A stretch of DNA of 64,000 nt from an uncultured Paraprevotella sp. (GTDB taxonomy: Bacteria > Bacteroidota > Bacteroidia > Bacteroidales > Bacteroidaceae): positions 16 through 64,015 of the forward strand of contig CALULT010000010.1 in NCBI GenBank assembly GCA_944321565.1, given 5' to 3'. Shown piece by piece: positions 1 through 7,902 of this stretch. Under the pieces are notes generated by a model. That model was not told the origin of the DNA. It did not search any database and was given only the letters and a program-made list of their open reading frames with translations. Made by a program: the position numbers and the translations under genes. The stretch's first letter is position 1; every line of letters starts with the position of its first letter.

Positions 1-105
1 TTCCAAAGCCTGCATGGTGATGGCGGCGCGCAATGTGTCGGCAAGCGCCCAACCAATAATCTGTCTTTTCCTGATTTCACTAGACACTTTTTTGTTTATA
101 AACTG

Positions 106-275
106 ACTCAAGTTTCGAATTTAGAAATTAGGCCGTTTGGGCGTATGCTCTGAGGGCGGCCAATCCCTTGCCGTTTTCAACGGCCTGCATTGTCAACTCA
201 TCGGAATCCGCATCGATAAGTTTCAGCTACTACACCACGACTTCCACTATAATCTCCTACTTACTTTGTCGAGGT
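106..275 (-). mobile_element. IS4-family IS remnant, copy A (terminal inverted repeat plus about 170 nt of the transposase 3' end)
   Basis: From ACTCAAGTTTCGAATTTAGAAATTAGGC onward it aligns by eye with 15669-15850, with scattered mismatches and one 1-nt indel. The similarity fades around 275. Confidence 0.6.
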
Positions 276-360
276 TGTGCCCCCTTACGACCTTGTTTAT
301 CCACGCCTTTGTGGAATTAAAAATTTCTACGTGAAATGCGAATCTTTCGGCCAAAAACAT

Positions 361-368
361 TATCTTTG
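361..368 (+). promoter_or_regulatory. Bacteroides-type -7 promoter box (TATCTTTG)
   Basis: Exact match to TAnnTTTG, 70 nt upstream of the ATG at 438 and downstream of the track ATG at 336. Confidence 0.45.
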
Positions 369-437
369 CTTTATGGAGATTCATCCGTCCACACGGGAGT
401 GGATGATTGTAATATTAACCTTTTAAATGTATCCATT

Positions 438-1682
438 ATGAAAAGACTTATTACGCTGACATTTGCTGTTTTCGCAATTTCCGAGCTGCAAGCGCAACTT
501 AAAATGTATTCCAACGGAAATGTGGGCATTCAATCCTCTGCCGTCCCCGAGGCCTCCTTGGTCGTGGGAGGGGATGCCAGTCACACAGGGAAGGGATTTA
601 AAAGTTACGTCAAGGCCAACCATTACTTGTTCCATGCAAGACGCGAAGGTGCCTATACTAACTCGGAGCCTTGGCTCGTGGCTTGTGAAGGCAATAATTT
701 TGTGGACGGGATAAACTTTTACATTGGAACAAAAGGATGTGCCTTTTATGACAACCCTGTATCACGAGGACGGGCATGGGGCGTCATAGGCGAAGCCGGA
801 AATGCCACCTCCGGTTTTAACTATGCCGTGCATGGCAATCTGAAGGGAAGTCAATACGGGGCATCCATCTTGGGAACATTGGACGATTTGGACATTTGTG
901 TTCCAGGACGTTATGTAGGTTATTTCATGGGCGATGTCCGCGCAACGGGAAATATTTATGGCACGGTGCTGACCCCTTCGGCATCTAGTTCCGTCTCGAT
1001 GGGACGCTCGGCGGTGATGCCCTTGTCGGTGGAAAGCGATGGTGCGAACAACATGTCGGTGGGAGAGAAATTCTCACGCTTGACGGCTGTGCAGTACAAC
1101 CTGTCTGAACCTCAAATGGCCCAGACTTTTGCTGCGGCGGGCGACACGGCAATGGCTGCCGTCCCGCATTCCGTGACAGACGCGCAGGCTTTGGAGAAGA
1201 CGCACTATGGCTTGGATGCCGAGGTGCTGAAGGAAGTCTATCCGGATTTAGTGTATGAAAGCCAGGAGGGCGACCTTTGCATCAACTATACGGAAATGAT
1301 TCCGTTGCTGGTGCAGTATGTCAACGAACTGCGCGCACAGGTCATTTCTTTGCAAGGGACGCAGGTATATAACGTGCGCAACCAAAGCGAAGAGAAGAGG
1401 AGCGGGAACGATATGTTGGACATGCCCTTGCTGGAACAAAACGACCCGAACCCGTTCACGCAAACAACCGTGGTGCGCTACACATTGCCGGAGAGTGTGC
1501 AATCCGCCTTTTTGTATATTTATGACCTGAACGGGACGCAAATCAACCAAAAAACGTTGGAGGGGCGCGGCAAATCTTCCGTGACGCTCGAAGCCGGAAG
1601 TCTGGCTCCCGGAATGTACTTGTATGCCCTCATTGCCGACGGCAAAGTCATCGACACTAAACGGATGATCATCACCAAGTAG
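438..1682 (+). CDS. Secreted tail-fibre-like protein with an endosialidase-chaperone (peptidase S74)-like domain and a T9SS type A C-terminal sorting domain
   Basis: Track ORF 336..1682. The in-frame ATG at 438 gives the signal peptide MKRLITLTFAVFAISELQAQ. HYGLDAEVLKEVYPDLVYESQEGDLCINYTEMIPLLVQYVNELRAQV resembles the intramolecular chaperone of phage tail fibres. The C-terminus LYIYDLNGTQ...GMYLYALIADGKVIDTKRMIITK is a canonical T9SS CTD. Confidence 0.8.
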   Translation: MKRLITLTFAVFAISELQAQLKMYSNGNVGIQSSAVPEASLVVGGDASHTGKGFKSYVKANHYLFHARREGAYTNSEPWLVACEGNNFVDGINFYIGTKGCAFYDNPVSRGRAWGVIGEAGNATSGFNYAVHGNLKGSQYGASILGTLDDLDICVPGRYVGYFMGDVRATGNIYGTVLTPSASSSVSMGRSAVMPLSVESDGANNMSVGEKFSRLTAVQYNLSEPQMAQTFAAAGDTAMAAVPHSVTDAQALEKTHYGLDAEVLKEVYPDLVYESQEGDLCINYTEMIPLLVQYVNELRAQVISLQGTQVYNVRNQSEEKRSGNDMLDMPLLEQNDPNPFTQTTVVRYTLPESVQSAFLYIYDLNGTQINQKTLEGRGKSSVTLEAGSLAPGMYLYALIADGKVIDTKRMIITK

Positions 1683-1724
1683 GGCGGCCGGACATAATGG
1701 CCGTTCCCTGCGACGTCCGGATGG

Positions 1725-1872
1725 CAAAAACTCCTCCGCCTTGTAGGGGAGAGAACTCGAAGAGCCGGAGGGGTTCCACATACACAAAAGTTACTTTTCA
1801 GTAGGTACACATGTGGACGTGAGCCTCCTCTATCTCTTCGGTGTTTGTCTCCCTGCGAGGCGAGACTGTTTG
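1725..1872. repeat. GC-rich intergenic repeat, copy 1 (second copy at 54342-54530)
   Basis: The cores CCTCCGCCTTG[T/C]AGGGGAG and CTCGAAGAGCCGGAGGGGTT are shared with 54352-54393. A second, looser block (1812-1872) matches 54468-54530. Both blocks have hairpin potential. Confidence 0.6.
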
Positions 1873-1924
1873 GCGATATGCGGAATATTGTATTTAGATT
1901 CTGACAAATTATTAAAAATAAGCT

Positions 1925-3082
1925 ATGAAAAAGATATTATTTTCACTCTTGTGTACAATGGTTATGTTGTGCAGGCTGCAAGCCCAAAACGCCGAAACCC
2001 ATGTGGCGGTATATGCCGGCGGGGCACCCTTGGAAACGTTGCTGACGGAGGCACAGAAACAGTCCGTGACATATTTGGAAATCACCGGAGGAAGTTTGTC
2101 GGACGAGGATTATGCCTTCTTGCGCGACAGTTTGTTGGAACAACTCGACACGTTGGACCTGCGCCATGCGGAGATTGACACCATACCTGCGGATGCTTTG
2201 GGCGAGATGAACCTCTATCTGATTTTGCCGGAAGTGATAGAATGCATCGGGGACTATGCCTTTACGGGAGAATGCGAAGTGACCGGAAACTTCCCTTTTT
2301 TGGGGGAATTTAAACTCGCATATAGTGCCAAGCCGGATTTTATTATAAGCTCTACTAACCCGAAACTTTCTTATGTGCAAAACAAAACTACGGCTTTAAT
2401 ATGTTCCAAAGACGAAGACACGGTTTTCTTTTTCAGATATAGAAATCCCATGTTGTCGCAAGAAGAACTAATCATACCTAAAGGCACAAAAATTATCAAT
2501 GCATCTGCTTATAGAGGAGAAAGTTTGTATCTAACAAACAATATTGTACTACCGGAAAGCCTTGATTCTATTGGAGATTATGCCTTCTCTGACATTTTCC
2601 CGGAAATAATGACGGGACGTAGCACAAAAGGGGAATATCAAAACGGTGGCAGCTACAACATCGGTTCTGTGGTTTGCGAAGCCAAAACGCCACCGAATTT
2701 TGGTAAAATTGGAACAGGAAATTTCATTGGAGACTATTGCTATCTTTACGTTCCTGAAGAAAGTCTTGAGGAGTATAAAAGAGCTAATGGATGGAAACGA
2801 TTCATGGAAGTACGAAGCCTTAAAAATATAATCAATTCTATTACAGAGATTCCAAGCAGACATCGAATAGAACTGACCGTTCTTCCTGAGAAATACATTC
2901 TCGCATTTCCACAAGATGTGAAACACATCAAATTATATGACACACAGGGGCGTATGCTGTCTGACATTCCCATCAAAGGAAAAACAATAGCCATCAATAG
3001 AATGAACTTGCTAAAACCATTTGCAATTACACACATATATTTTGCAGACGGCACAACCGAAACAGTCAAACTAATACCCTAA
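1925..3082 (+). CDS. BspA-type leucine-rich-repeat (LRR_5) secreted protein, paralog 1, with a T9SS-CTD-like tail
   Basis: Signal peptide MKKILFSLLCTMVMLCRLQAQ. Repeated ...IGDYAF... LRR_5 motifs. C-terminus ...KLYDTQGRML...IYFADGTTETVKLIP. Confidence 0.8.
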   Translation: MKKILFSLLCTMVMLCRLQAQNAETHVAVYAGGAPLETLLTEAQKQSVTYLEITGGSLSDEDYAFLRDSLLEQLDTLDLRHAEIDTIPADALGEMNLYLILPEVIECIGDYAFTGECEVTGNFPFLGEFKLAYSAKPDFIISSTNPKLSYVQNKTTALICSKDEDTVFFFRYRNPMLSQEELIIPKGTKIINASAYRGESLYLTNNIVLPESLDSIGDYAFSDIFPEIMTGRSTKGEYQNGGSYNIGSVVCEAKTPPNFGKIGTGNFIGDYCYLYVPEESLEEYKRANGWKRFMEVRSLKNIINSITEIPSRHRIELTVLPEKYILAFPQDVKHIKLYDTQGRMLSDIPIKGKTIAINRMNLLKPFAITHIYFADGTTETVKLIP

Positions 3083-3087
3083 AGATT

Positions 3088-3393
3088 ATGAAACGAAGAG
3101 TAGTTCTAATATTGCTGGCATGGGTCGCGTGTGCGCCCTTCCGAGCACAAATCGGCGGACACGTCGAAGTGAAAGTGGACGAACTGTCTTTTACCCGGCA
3201 GGACGGTTATGACGTCATCCGTTGGAGCGGCGGGACGGACAAGACGCAGGAAGTCGGAGCTCCAGAAATTCCCGTCATCTTCAAAACATACGTGGTGCCT
3301 TTGGAGGCACAGGTAACCGGAGTGGAGGTTTCATCATCCAACCGAATGGCCGTGGAAGGGAACTTTAAACCAACATATAATCTAACCTGCTAA
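3088..3393 (+). CDS. Truncated copy 1 of the C25 peptidase N-terminus (signal peptide plus the first part of the propeptide, 101 aa); intact ORF, possibly a gene remnant
   Basis: The first 93 codons are near-identical to the 5' end of 9093..13820. It diverges after nt 280 into K-P-TYNLTC-stop. Confidence 0.7.
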   Translation: MKRRVVLILLAWVACAPFRAQIGGHVEVKVDELSFTRQDGYDVIRWSGGTDKTQEVGAPEIPVIFKTYVVPLEAQVTGVEVSSSNRMAVEGNFKPTYNLTC

Positions 3394-3405
3394 AAATGAA
3401 AAGAT

Positions 3406-4581
3406 ATGAAAAAGATATTATTTTCAGTCCTGTGCACAATGATTGTGTTGTGCAGGCTGCAAGCCCAAAACGCCGAAACCCATGTGGCGGTACTTGCCGG
3501 CGAAGTACCCTTGGAAACATTGCTGACGGAGATGCAGAAACAGTCCGTGACATATTTGGAAATCACCGGAGGAACTTTGTCGGACAAGGATTATGCCTTC
3601 TTGCGCGACAGCTTGTTGGAACAACTCGACACGTTGGACCTGCGCCATGCGGAGATTGACACCATACCTGCGGATGCTTTGGGCGAAATGAACCTCTATC
3701 TGATTTTGCCGGAAGTGATAGAATGCATCGGGGACTATGCCTTTACGGGAGAATGCGAAGTGACCGGAAACTTCCCCTATATGGGAAAATATAAAAATTC
3801 CCCCTATGACAAACCTTTAATGCAAGCAAGTAAAGACCACCCCAAACTAGTTAATGTAGAAGAACTCTGTTACTTTGCGGTTTATTCCAAAGATGGAAAT
3901 ACACTTTATTATCTAAAACCGAAAGACGAATTCGCTTATTGGGGAGGTGAATTGGAGATACTGCCAAATACGCGAATTATAGCACCAACAGCTATACGGA
4001 ACGAATTGGTGCCTATGGAGGCAAACAATTTAATATTGCCAGAAAGCCTAGATTCCATTGGAGACTACGCATTTGATGTCACCCCAGATTTTATAACGGG
4101 CTATACTAATAAGAAGACTCATTATCCAAGCGGGGGAAATCGTGGCAGAGGAGGCATAGTATGTGAAGCCAAGAATCCTCCCAAATTTGGAATGCTCGGC
4201 AACTCTTTTTGGTTGAAATTCTGCTATTTGTATGTTCCAAAACCTAGTCTTGAGGCTTACAAAGCCGCTCCGGGATGGAAACTTGCACAAAAAATAGATA
4301 CGATAGAGAACCTTTTGAAGGGAGCCCAAAGTATATCATCCGTTCCTGGAGAGGGGGCAACATATGTTTCCATCACATCAACGGATGAAAACTACATCTT
4401 GTCTTTTTCAAAAGAACCCTTGCAGATGGATTTGTTTTCGGCAGACGGAAGCTTGCTCTCTTCCCAGATGGTTTCTTCCATGATGGTCACACTGCCTAAA
4501 ACAAACCTAAAAAAAACATTAACCATAGCCCATGTCCGTTTTGCGGACGGGACGAATGAAACAGTCAAACTAATGCCATAA
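3406..4581 (+). CDS. BspA-type LRR secreted protein, paralog 2
   Basis: Same signal peptide and N-terminal block as the other paralogs. IGDYAF motifs. Tail ...VRFADGTNETVKLMP. Confidence 0.8.
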   Translation: MKKILFSVLCTMIVLCRLQAQNAETHVAVLAGEVPLETLLTEMQKQSVTYLEITGGTLSDKDYAFLRDSLLEQLDTLDLRHAEIDTIPADALGEMNLYLILPEVIECIGDYAFTGECEVTGNFPYMGKYKNSPYDKPLMQASKDHPKLVNVEELCYFAVYSKDGNTLYYLKPKDEFAYWGGELEILPNTRIIAPTAIRNELVPMEANNLILPESLDSIGDYAFDVTPDFITGYTNKKTHYPSGGNRGRGGIVCEAKNPPKFGMLGNSFWLKFCYLYVPKPSLEAYKAAPGWKLAQKIDTIENLLKGAQSISSVPGEGATYVSITSTDENYILSFSKEPLQMDLFSADGSLLSSQMVSSMMVTLPKTNLKKTLTIAHVRFADGTNETVKLMP

Positions 4582-4586
4582 TAATT

Positions 4587-4892
4587 ATGAAACGAATAAT
4601 ACCTTTAATATGTCTGCTCTTGGCGGGATATCTGCCTGTCCGCGCCCAAATAGGCGGAATGGTCGAAGTGAATGTGAATGAATTGTATTTTTCCAAACAG
4701 GACAGTTACGATATGATTCGTTGGACTGGAGGAAATGACAAAATTCGTCAGGTTGGTGCTCCAGAACTTCCCGTTATCTTCAAAACTTACGTGGTGCCTT
4801 TGGAGGCACAGGTAACCGGGGTGGAAGTTTCATCATCCAACCGGATGGCCGTGGAAGGGAACTTTAAACTAACATATAATCTAACCCGCTAA
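4587..4892 (+). CDS. Truncated copy 2 of the C25 peptidase N-terminus, with a divergent 5' half (101 aa)
   Basis: MKRIIPLICLLLAGYLPVRAQ... differs at about 23 of the first 55 residues (manual alignment). It is identical from GAPELPVIF to F93 and has the same junction at nt 280. Confidence 0.7.
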   Translation: MKRIIPLICLLLAGYLPVRAQIGGMVEVNVNELYFSKQDSYDMIRWTGGNDKIRQVGAPELPVIFKTYVVPLEAQVTGVEVSSSNRMAVEGNFKLTYNLTR

Positions 4893-4904
4893 AAATGAAA
4901 AGCT

Positions 4905-6092
4905 ATGAAAAAGATGTTATTTTCAGTCTTGTGCACAATGATTGTGTTGTGCAGGCTGCAAGCCCAAAACGCCGAAACCCATGTGACGGTATATGCCGGC
5001 GGGGCACCCTTGGAAACGTTGCTGACGGAGGCGCAGAAACAATCGGTGAAACATTTGACGATTATCGGGACATTGCAAGATATGGATTATATCTTTTTGC
5101 GGGAGAATTTGTATCCACAGTTGGATACACTGGACTTACGAGAAGTGAATGTTGATACGTTGCCGAATATAAGAGTTGAAGATTATTCGCCGAAACCAAA
5201 CTATAACAAAGTCCATCTTGTTTTACCTATGAATATTGAATATATAGGAGCAAATTTCTTATATCAATTTTCTCGTTGTTATAGTTTGGAGGTGACTGGG
5301 AATTTTCCGGAATTCGGAGAAAGTGTTTACAGTATTCCGCAGTCTGGTGAAGTGAAAGTCTCATTGAGTGATGATAACTTTTCTTATATAACAAAGACAT
5401 TCAATTTTTTCGATGAATGGATTTCAGAAACCTATTCTTCAATATATTCATTAAATGAAGATACCCTTTATTACATGAACATGCCTGTGGACGGGAACTA
5501 TGTCATAAAGGAAGGTACAAAAGTCATTCATGGAACTGCATTTAGGAACCTTGGCTTTCCAACGTTTACGCTTATATTTCCTGCAACTCTGGATTCTATT
5601 GGAGACTATGCGTTTGAGCACACGGAATGTCCTGTTCCGACGAGTTATATTACTGGGGTCGGTGCATTGATTCTATGTTATGCGGTAGAACCTCCGAAAT
5701 TAGGGAAAGATGTTTTTAAAAATAGTGTATTAGGATCATCTATTTTATATGTACATGAGGCAAGTATCGAAAAATACAAAAATGCTAAAGATTGGAATCA
5801 AGCAGTGGAAATTCGTGCCATAGAAGAGATTGGAGCGCCGCCAAGTCGGATTTCTACACAAGTACAAAAGAAAAAAATATCTATCAAGGCTATGCCAAAT
5901 TCTTATGAACTGAATTTTGGTCAAGAGCCACTCTATATGGAGATGTACAGCACGAATGGGATATTGCTTACCAAGCGGTCTGTGGGCTCATCCACATTGT
6001 CTATCGACCGGAACCAATTAGTGTCTCCTTTTATCATTATGCTTGTTCGTTTTGCAGACGGCACAACCGAAACAGTCAAACTAATACCATAA
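4905..6092 (+). CDS. BspA-type LRR secreted protein, paralog 3 (most divergent core)
   Basis: It shares only about the first 48 residues and the last about 15 residues (RFADGTTETVKLIP) with the other paralogs. IGDYAF and IGANFL LRR motifs. Confidence 0.8.
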   Translation: MKKMLFSVLCTMIVLCRLQAQNAETHVTVYAGGAPLETLLTEAQKQSVKHLTIIGTLQDMDYIFLRENLYPQLDTLDLREVNVDTLPNIRVEDYSPKPNYNKVHLVLPMNIEYIGANFLYQFSRCYSLEVTGNFPEFGESVYSIPQSGEVKVSLSDDNFSYITKTFNFFDEWISETYSSIYSLNEDTLYYMNMPVDGNYVIKEGTKVIHGTAFRNLGFPTFTLIFPATLDSIGDYAFEHTECPVPTSYITGVGALILCYAVEPPKLGKDVFKNSVLGSSILYVHEASIEKYKNAKDWNQAVEIRAIEEIGAPPSRISTQVQKKKISIKAMPNSYELNFGQEPLYMEMYSTNGILLTKRSVGSSTLSIDRNQLVSPFIIMLVRFADGTTETVKLIP

Positions 6093-6097
6093 AGATT

Positions 6098-6403
6098 ATG
6101 AAACGAAGAATAGTTCTAATATTGCTGGCATGGGTCGCGTGTGCGCCCTTCCGAGCACAAATAGGCGGACACGTCGAAGTGGAAGTGGACGAACTGTCTT
6201 TTACCCGGCTGGACGGTTATGACATCATCCGTTGGAGCGGCGGGACGGACAAGACGCCGGAAATCGGAGCTCCGGAGCTTCCCGTTATCTTCAAAACATA
6301 CGTGGTGCCTTTGGAGGCACAGGTAACCGGAGTGGAAGTTTCATCATCCAACCGAATGGCCGTGGAAGGGGACTTTAAACTAACATATAATCTAACCTGC
6401 TAA
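6098..6403 (+). CDS. Truncated copy 3 of the C25 peptidase N-terminus (101 aa)
   Basis: Near-identical to the first 93 codons of 9093..13820, with the same junction. Confidence 0.7.
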   Translation: MKRRIVLILLAWVACAPFRAQIGGHVEVEVDELSFTRLDGYDIIRWSGGTDKTPEIGAPELPVIFKTYVVPLEAQVTGVEVSSSNRMAVEGDFKLTYNLTC

Positions 6404-6415
6404 AAATGAAAAGCT

Positions 6416-7579
6416 ATGAAAAAGATGTTGTTATTAATCTTGTGCACAATGGTTATGTTGTGCTGGCTGCAAGCCCAGAACGCCGAAACCCATGTGACGG
6501 TATATGCCGGCGGGGCACCCTTGGAAACGTTGCTGACGGAAGCACAGAAACAGTCCGTGACATATTTGGAAATCACCGGAGGGACTTTGTCGGACAAGGA
6601 CTATGTCTTCTTGCGCGACAGTTTGTTGGAACAACTCGACACGTTGGACCTGCGCCATGCGGAGATTGACACCATACCTACGGACGCTTTGGGCGAAATG
6701 AACCTCTATCTGATTTTGCCGGAAGTGATAGAATGCATCGGGGACTATGCCTTTACGGGAGAATGCGAAGTGACCGGAAACTTCCCCTATATGGGAGAAT
6801 ATAAAAATTCCCCCTATGACAAACCTTTAATGCAAGCAAGTAAAGACCACCCCAAACTAGTTGATGTAGAGGAACTCTGTTACTTTGCGGTTTATTCCAA
6901 AGACGGAAATACACTTTATTATCTAAAACCGAAAGAATATGTTTATTGGGGAGAAGATGTGATAATACAAACGGGTACACGGGTTATTGCTCCAACAGCT
7001 ATAAGAAATATGGATTTTCCTATAGAAATAATTAATTTGGTATTACCGGAAAGCATAGATTCCATCGGAGATTATGCTCTTGATATAAGACCGAATTTTA
7101 TGACAGGGTATAGTAGAAATAGGCGATATCCGAGTGGGGGATACTATGGTTACGGAAGTGTAATATGTGAAGCCAAAGATCCTCCCAAATTGGGTGAGTT
7201 GGGAGAGAATTTTTGGGTAGCACGTTCTAATCTATATGTCCCAAAGGCAAGCCTAGAGGCTTATAAAGATGCACCGGGATGGAATCTGGCAAGAGAAATC
7301 CTTTCAATAGAAAAACTCCTGGGAGTGGATGTTCCTTCTCTACGCAAAAAAGATGAAACAGCCATCTCCGTTACTTCCACTACGGAAAGTTACATTCTGA
7401 CTCTTTCTAAGAAACCTTTGCAGATGAATTTGTTGAATGTGGACGGGCGTGTCTTTGATGTGCAGACAGTATATTCCACAAAGATTATGCTCTCCAAGAA
7501 GCTTTTGCAAAATCCCATGACTTTAATACAAATCCGTTTTGCAGACGGCACAACCGAAACAGTCAAACTAATACCTTAA
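6416..7579 (+). CDS. BspA-type LRR secreted protein, paralog 4
   Basis: It shares about 170 N-terminal residues with paralog 2, then diverges. Tail IRFADGTTETVKLIP. Confidence 0.8.
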   Translation: MKKMLLLILCTMVMLCWLQAQNAETHVTVYAGGAPLETLLTEAQKQSVTYLEITGGTLSDKDYVFLRDSLLEQLDTLDLRHAEIDTIPTDALGEMNLYLILPEVIECIGDYAFTGECEVTGNFPYMGEYKNSPYDKPLMQASKDHPKLVDVEELCYFAVYSKDGNTLYYLKPKEYVYWGEDVIIQTGTRVIAPTAIRNMDFPIEIINLVLPESIDSIGDYALDIRPNFMTGYSRNRRYPSGGYYGYGSVICEAKDPPKLGELGENFWVARSNLYVPKASLEAYKDAPGWNLAREILSIEKLLGVDVPSLRKKDETAISVTSTTESYILTLSKKPLQMNLLNVDGRVFDVQTVYSTKIMLSKKLLQNPMTLIQIRFADGTTETVKLIP

Positions 7580-7584
7580 AGATT

Positions 7585-7890
7585 ATGAAACGAAGAATAG
7601 TTCTAATATTGCTGGCATGGGTCGCGTGTGCGCCCTTCCGAGCACAAATAGGCGGACACGTCGAAGTGGAAGTGGACGAACTGTCTTTTACTCAGCAGGA
7701 CGGTTATGACATCATCCGGTGGAGCGGTGGAACGGACAAGACGCAGGAAGTCGGAGCTCCAGAACTTCCCGTTATCTTCAAAACATACGTGGTGCCTTTG
7801 GAGGCACAGGTAACCGGAGTGGAGGTTTCATCATCCAACCGAATGGCCGTGGAAGGGAACTTTAAACTAACATATAATCTAACCTGCTAA
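7585..7890 (+). CDS. Truncated copy 4 of the C25 peptidase N-terminus (101 aa)
   Basis: Near-identical to the first 93 codons of 9093..13820, with the same junction. Confidence 0.7.
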   Translation: MKRRIVLILLAWVACAPFRAQIGGHVEVEVDELSFTQQDGYDIIRWSGGTDKTQEVGAPELPVIFKTYVVPLEAQVTGVEVSSSNRMAVEGNFKLTYNLTC

Positions 7891-7902
7891 AAATGAAAAG
7901 AT

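Noticed and set aside
336-437. Upstream start codons given in the ORF track: 336 for the tail-fibre gene, and likewise 16252, 21338, 36949, 40901, 44387, 48487 and 56476. Also the TTG/GTG starts at 32287, 33087, 33992, 35965 and 61411.
   Set aside because: The downstream in-frame ATGs give canonical N-termini (signal peptides or conserved family starts), remove overlaps with upstream genes or promoter boxes, and in several cases create ATGA coupling junctions.
438-1682. Tail-fibre-like gene as evidence of a prophage.
   Set aside because: There are no other phage structural, lysis or integration genes nearby, and the protein has a signal peptide and a T9SS CTD, so it is a cellular secreted protein.
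3396-3659. Conserved out-of-frame ORFs (MKRYEKDIIFS...CRR...) starting 10 nt upstream of every LRR gene (also 1813, 4895, 6406, 7893), and conserved antisense 74-aa ORFs (3424-3648, 6434-6658, 7921-8145).
   Set aside because: They are conserved only because they lie within the near-identical repeat block. Their sequences are Arg/Cys/Gly-rich, and the LRR frame has a clear signal peptide and domain content.
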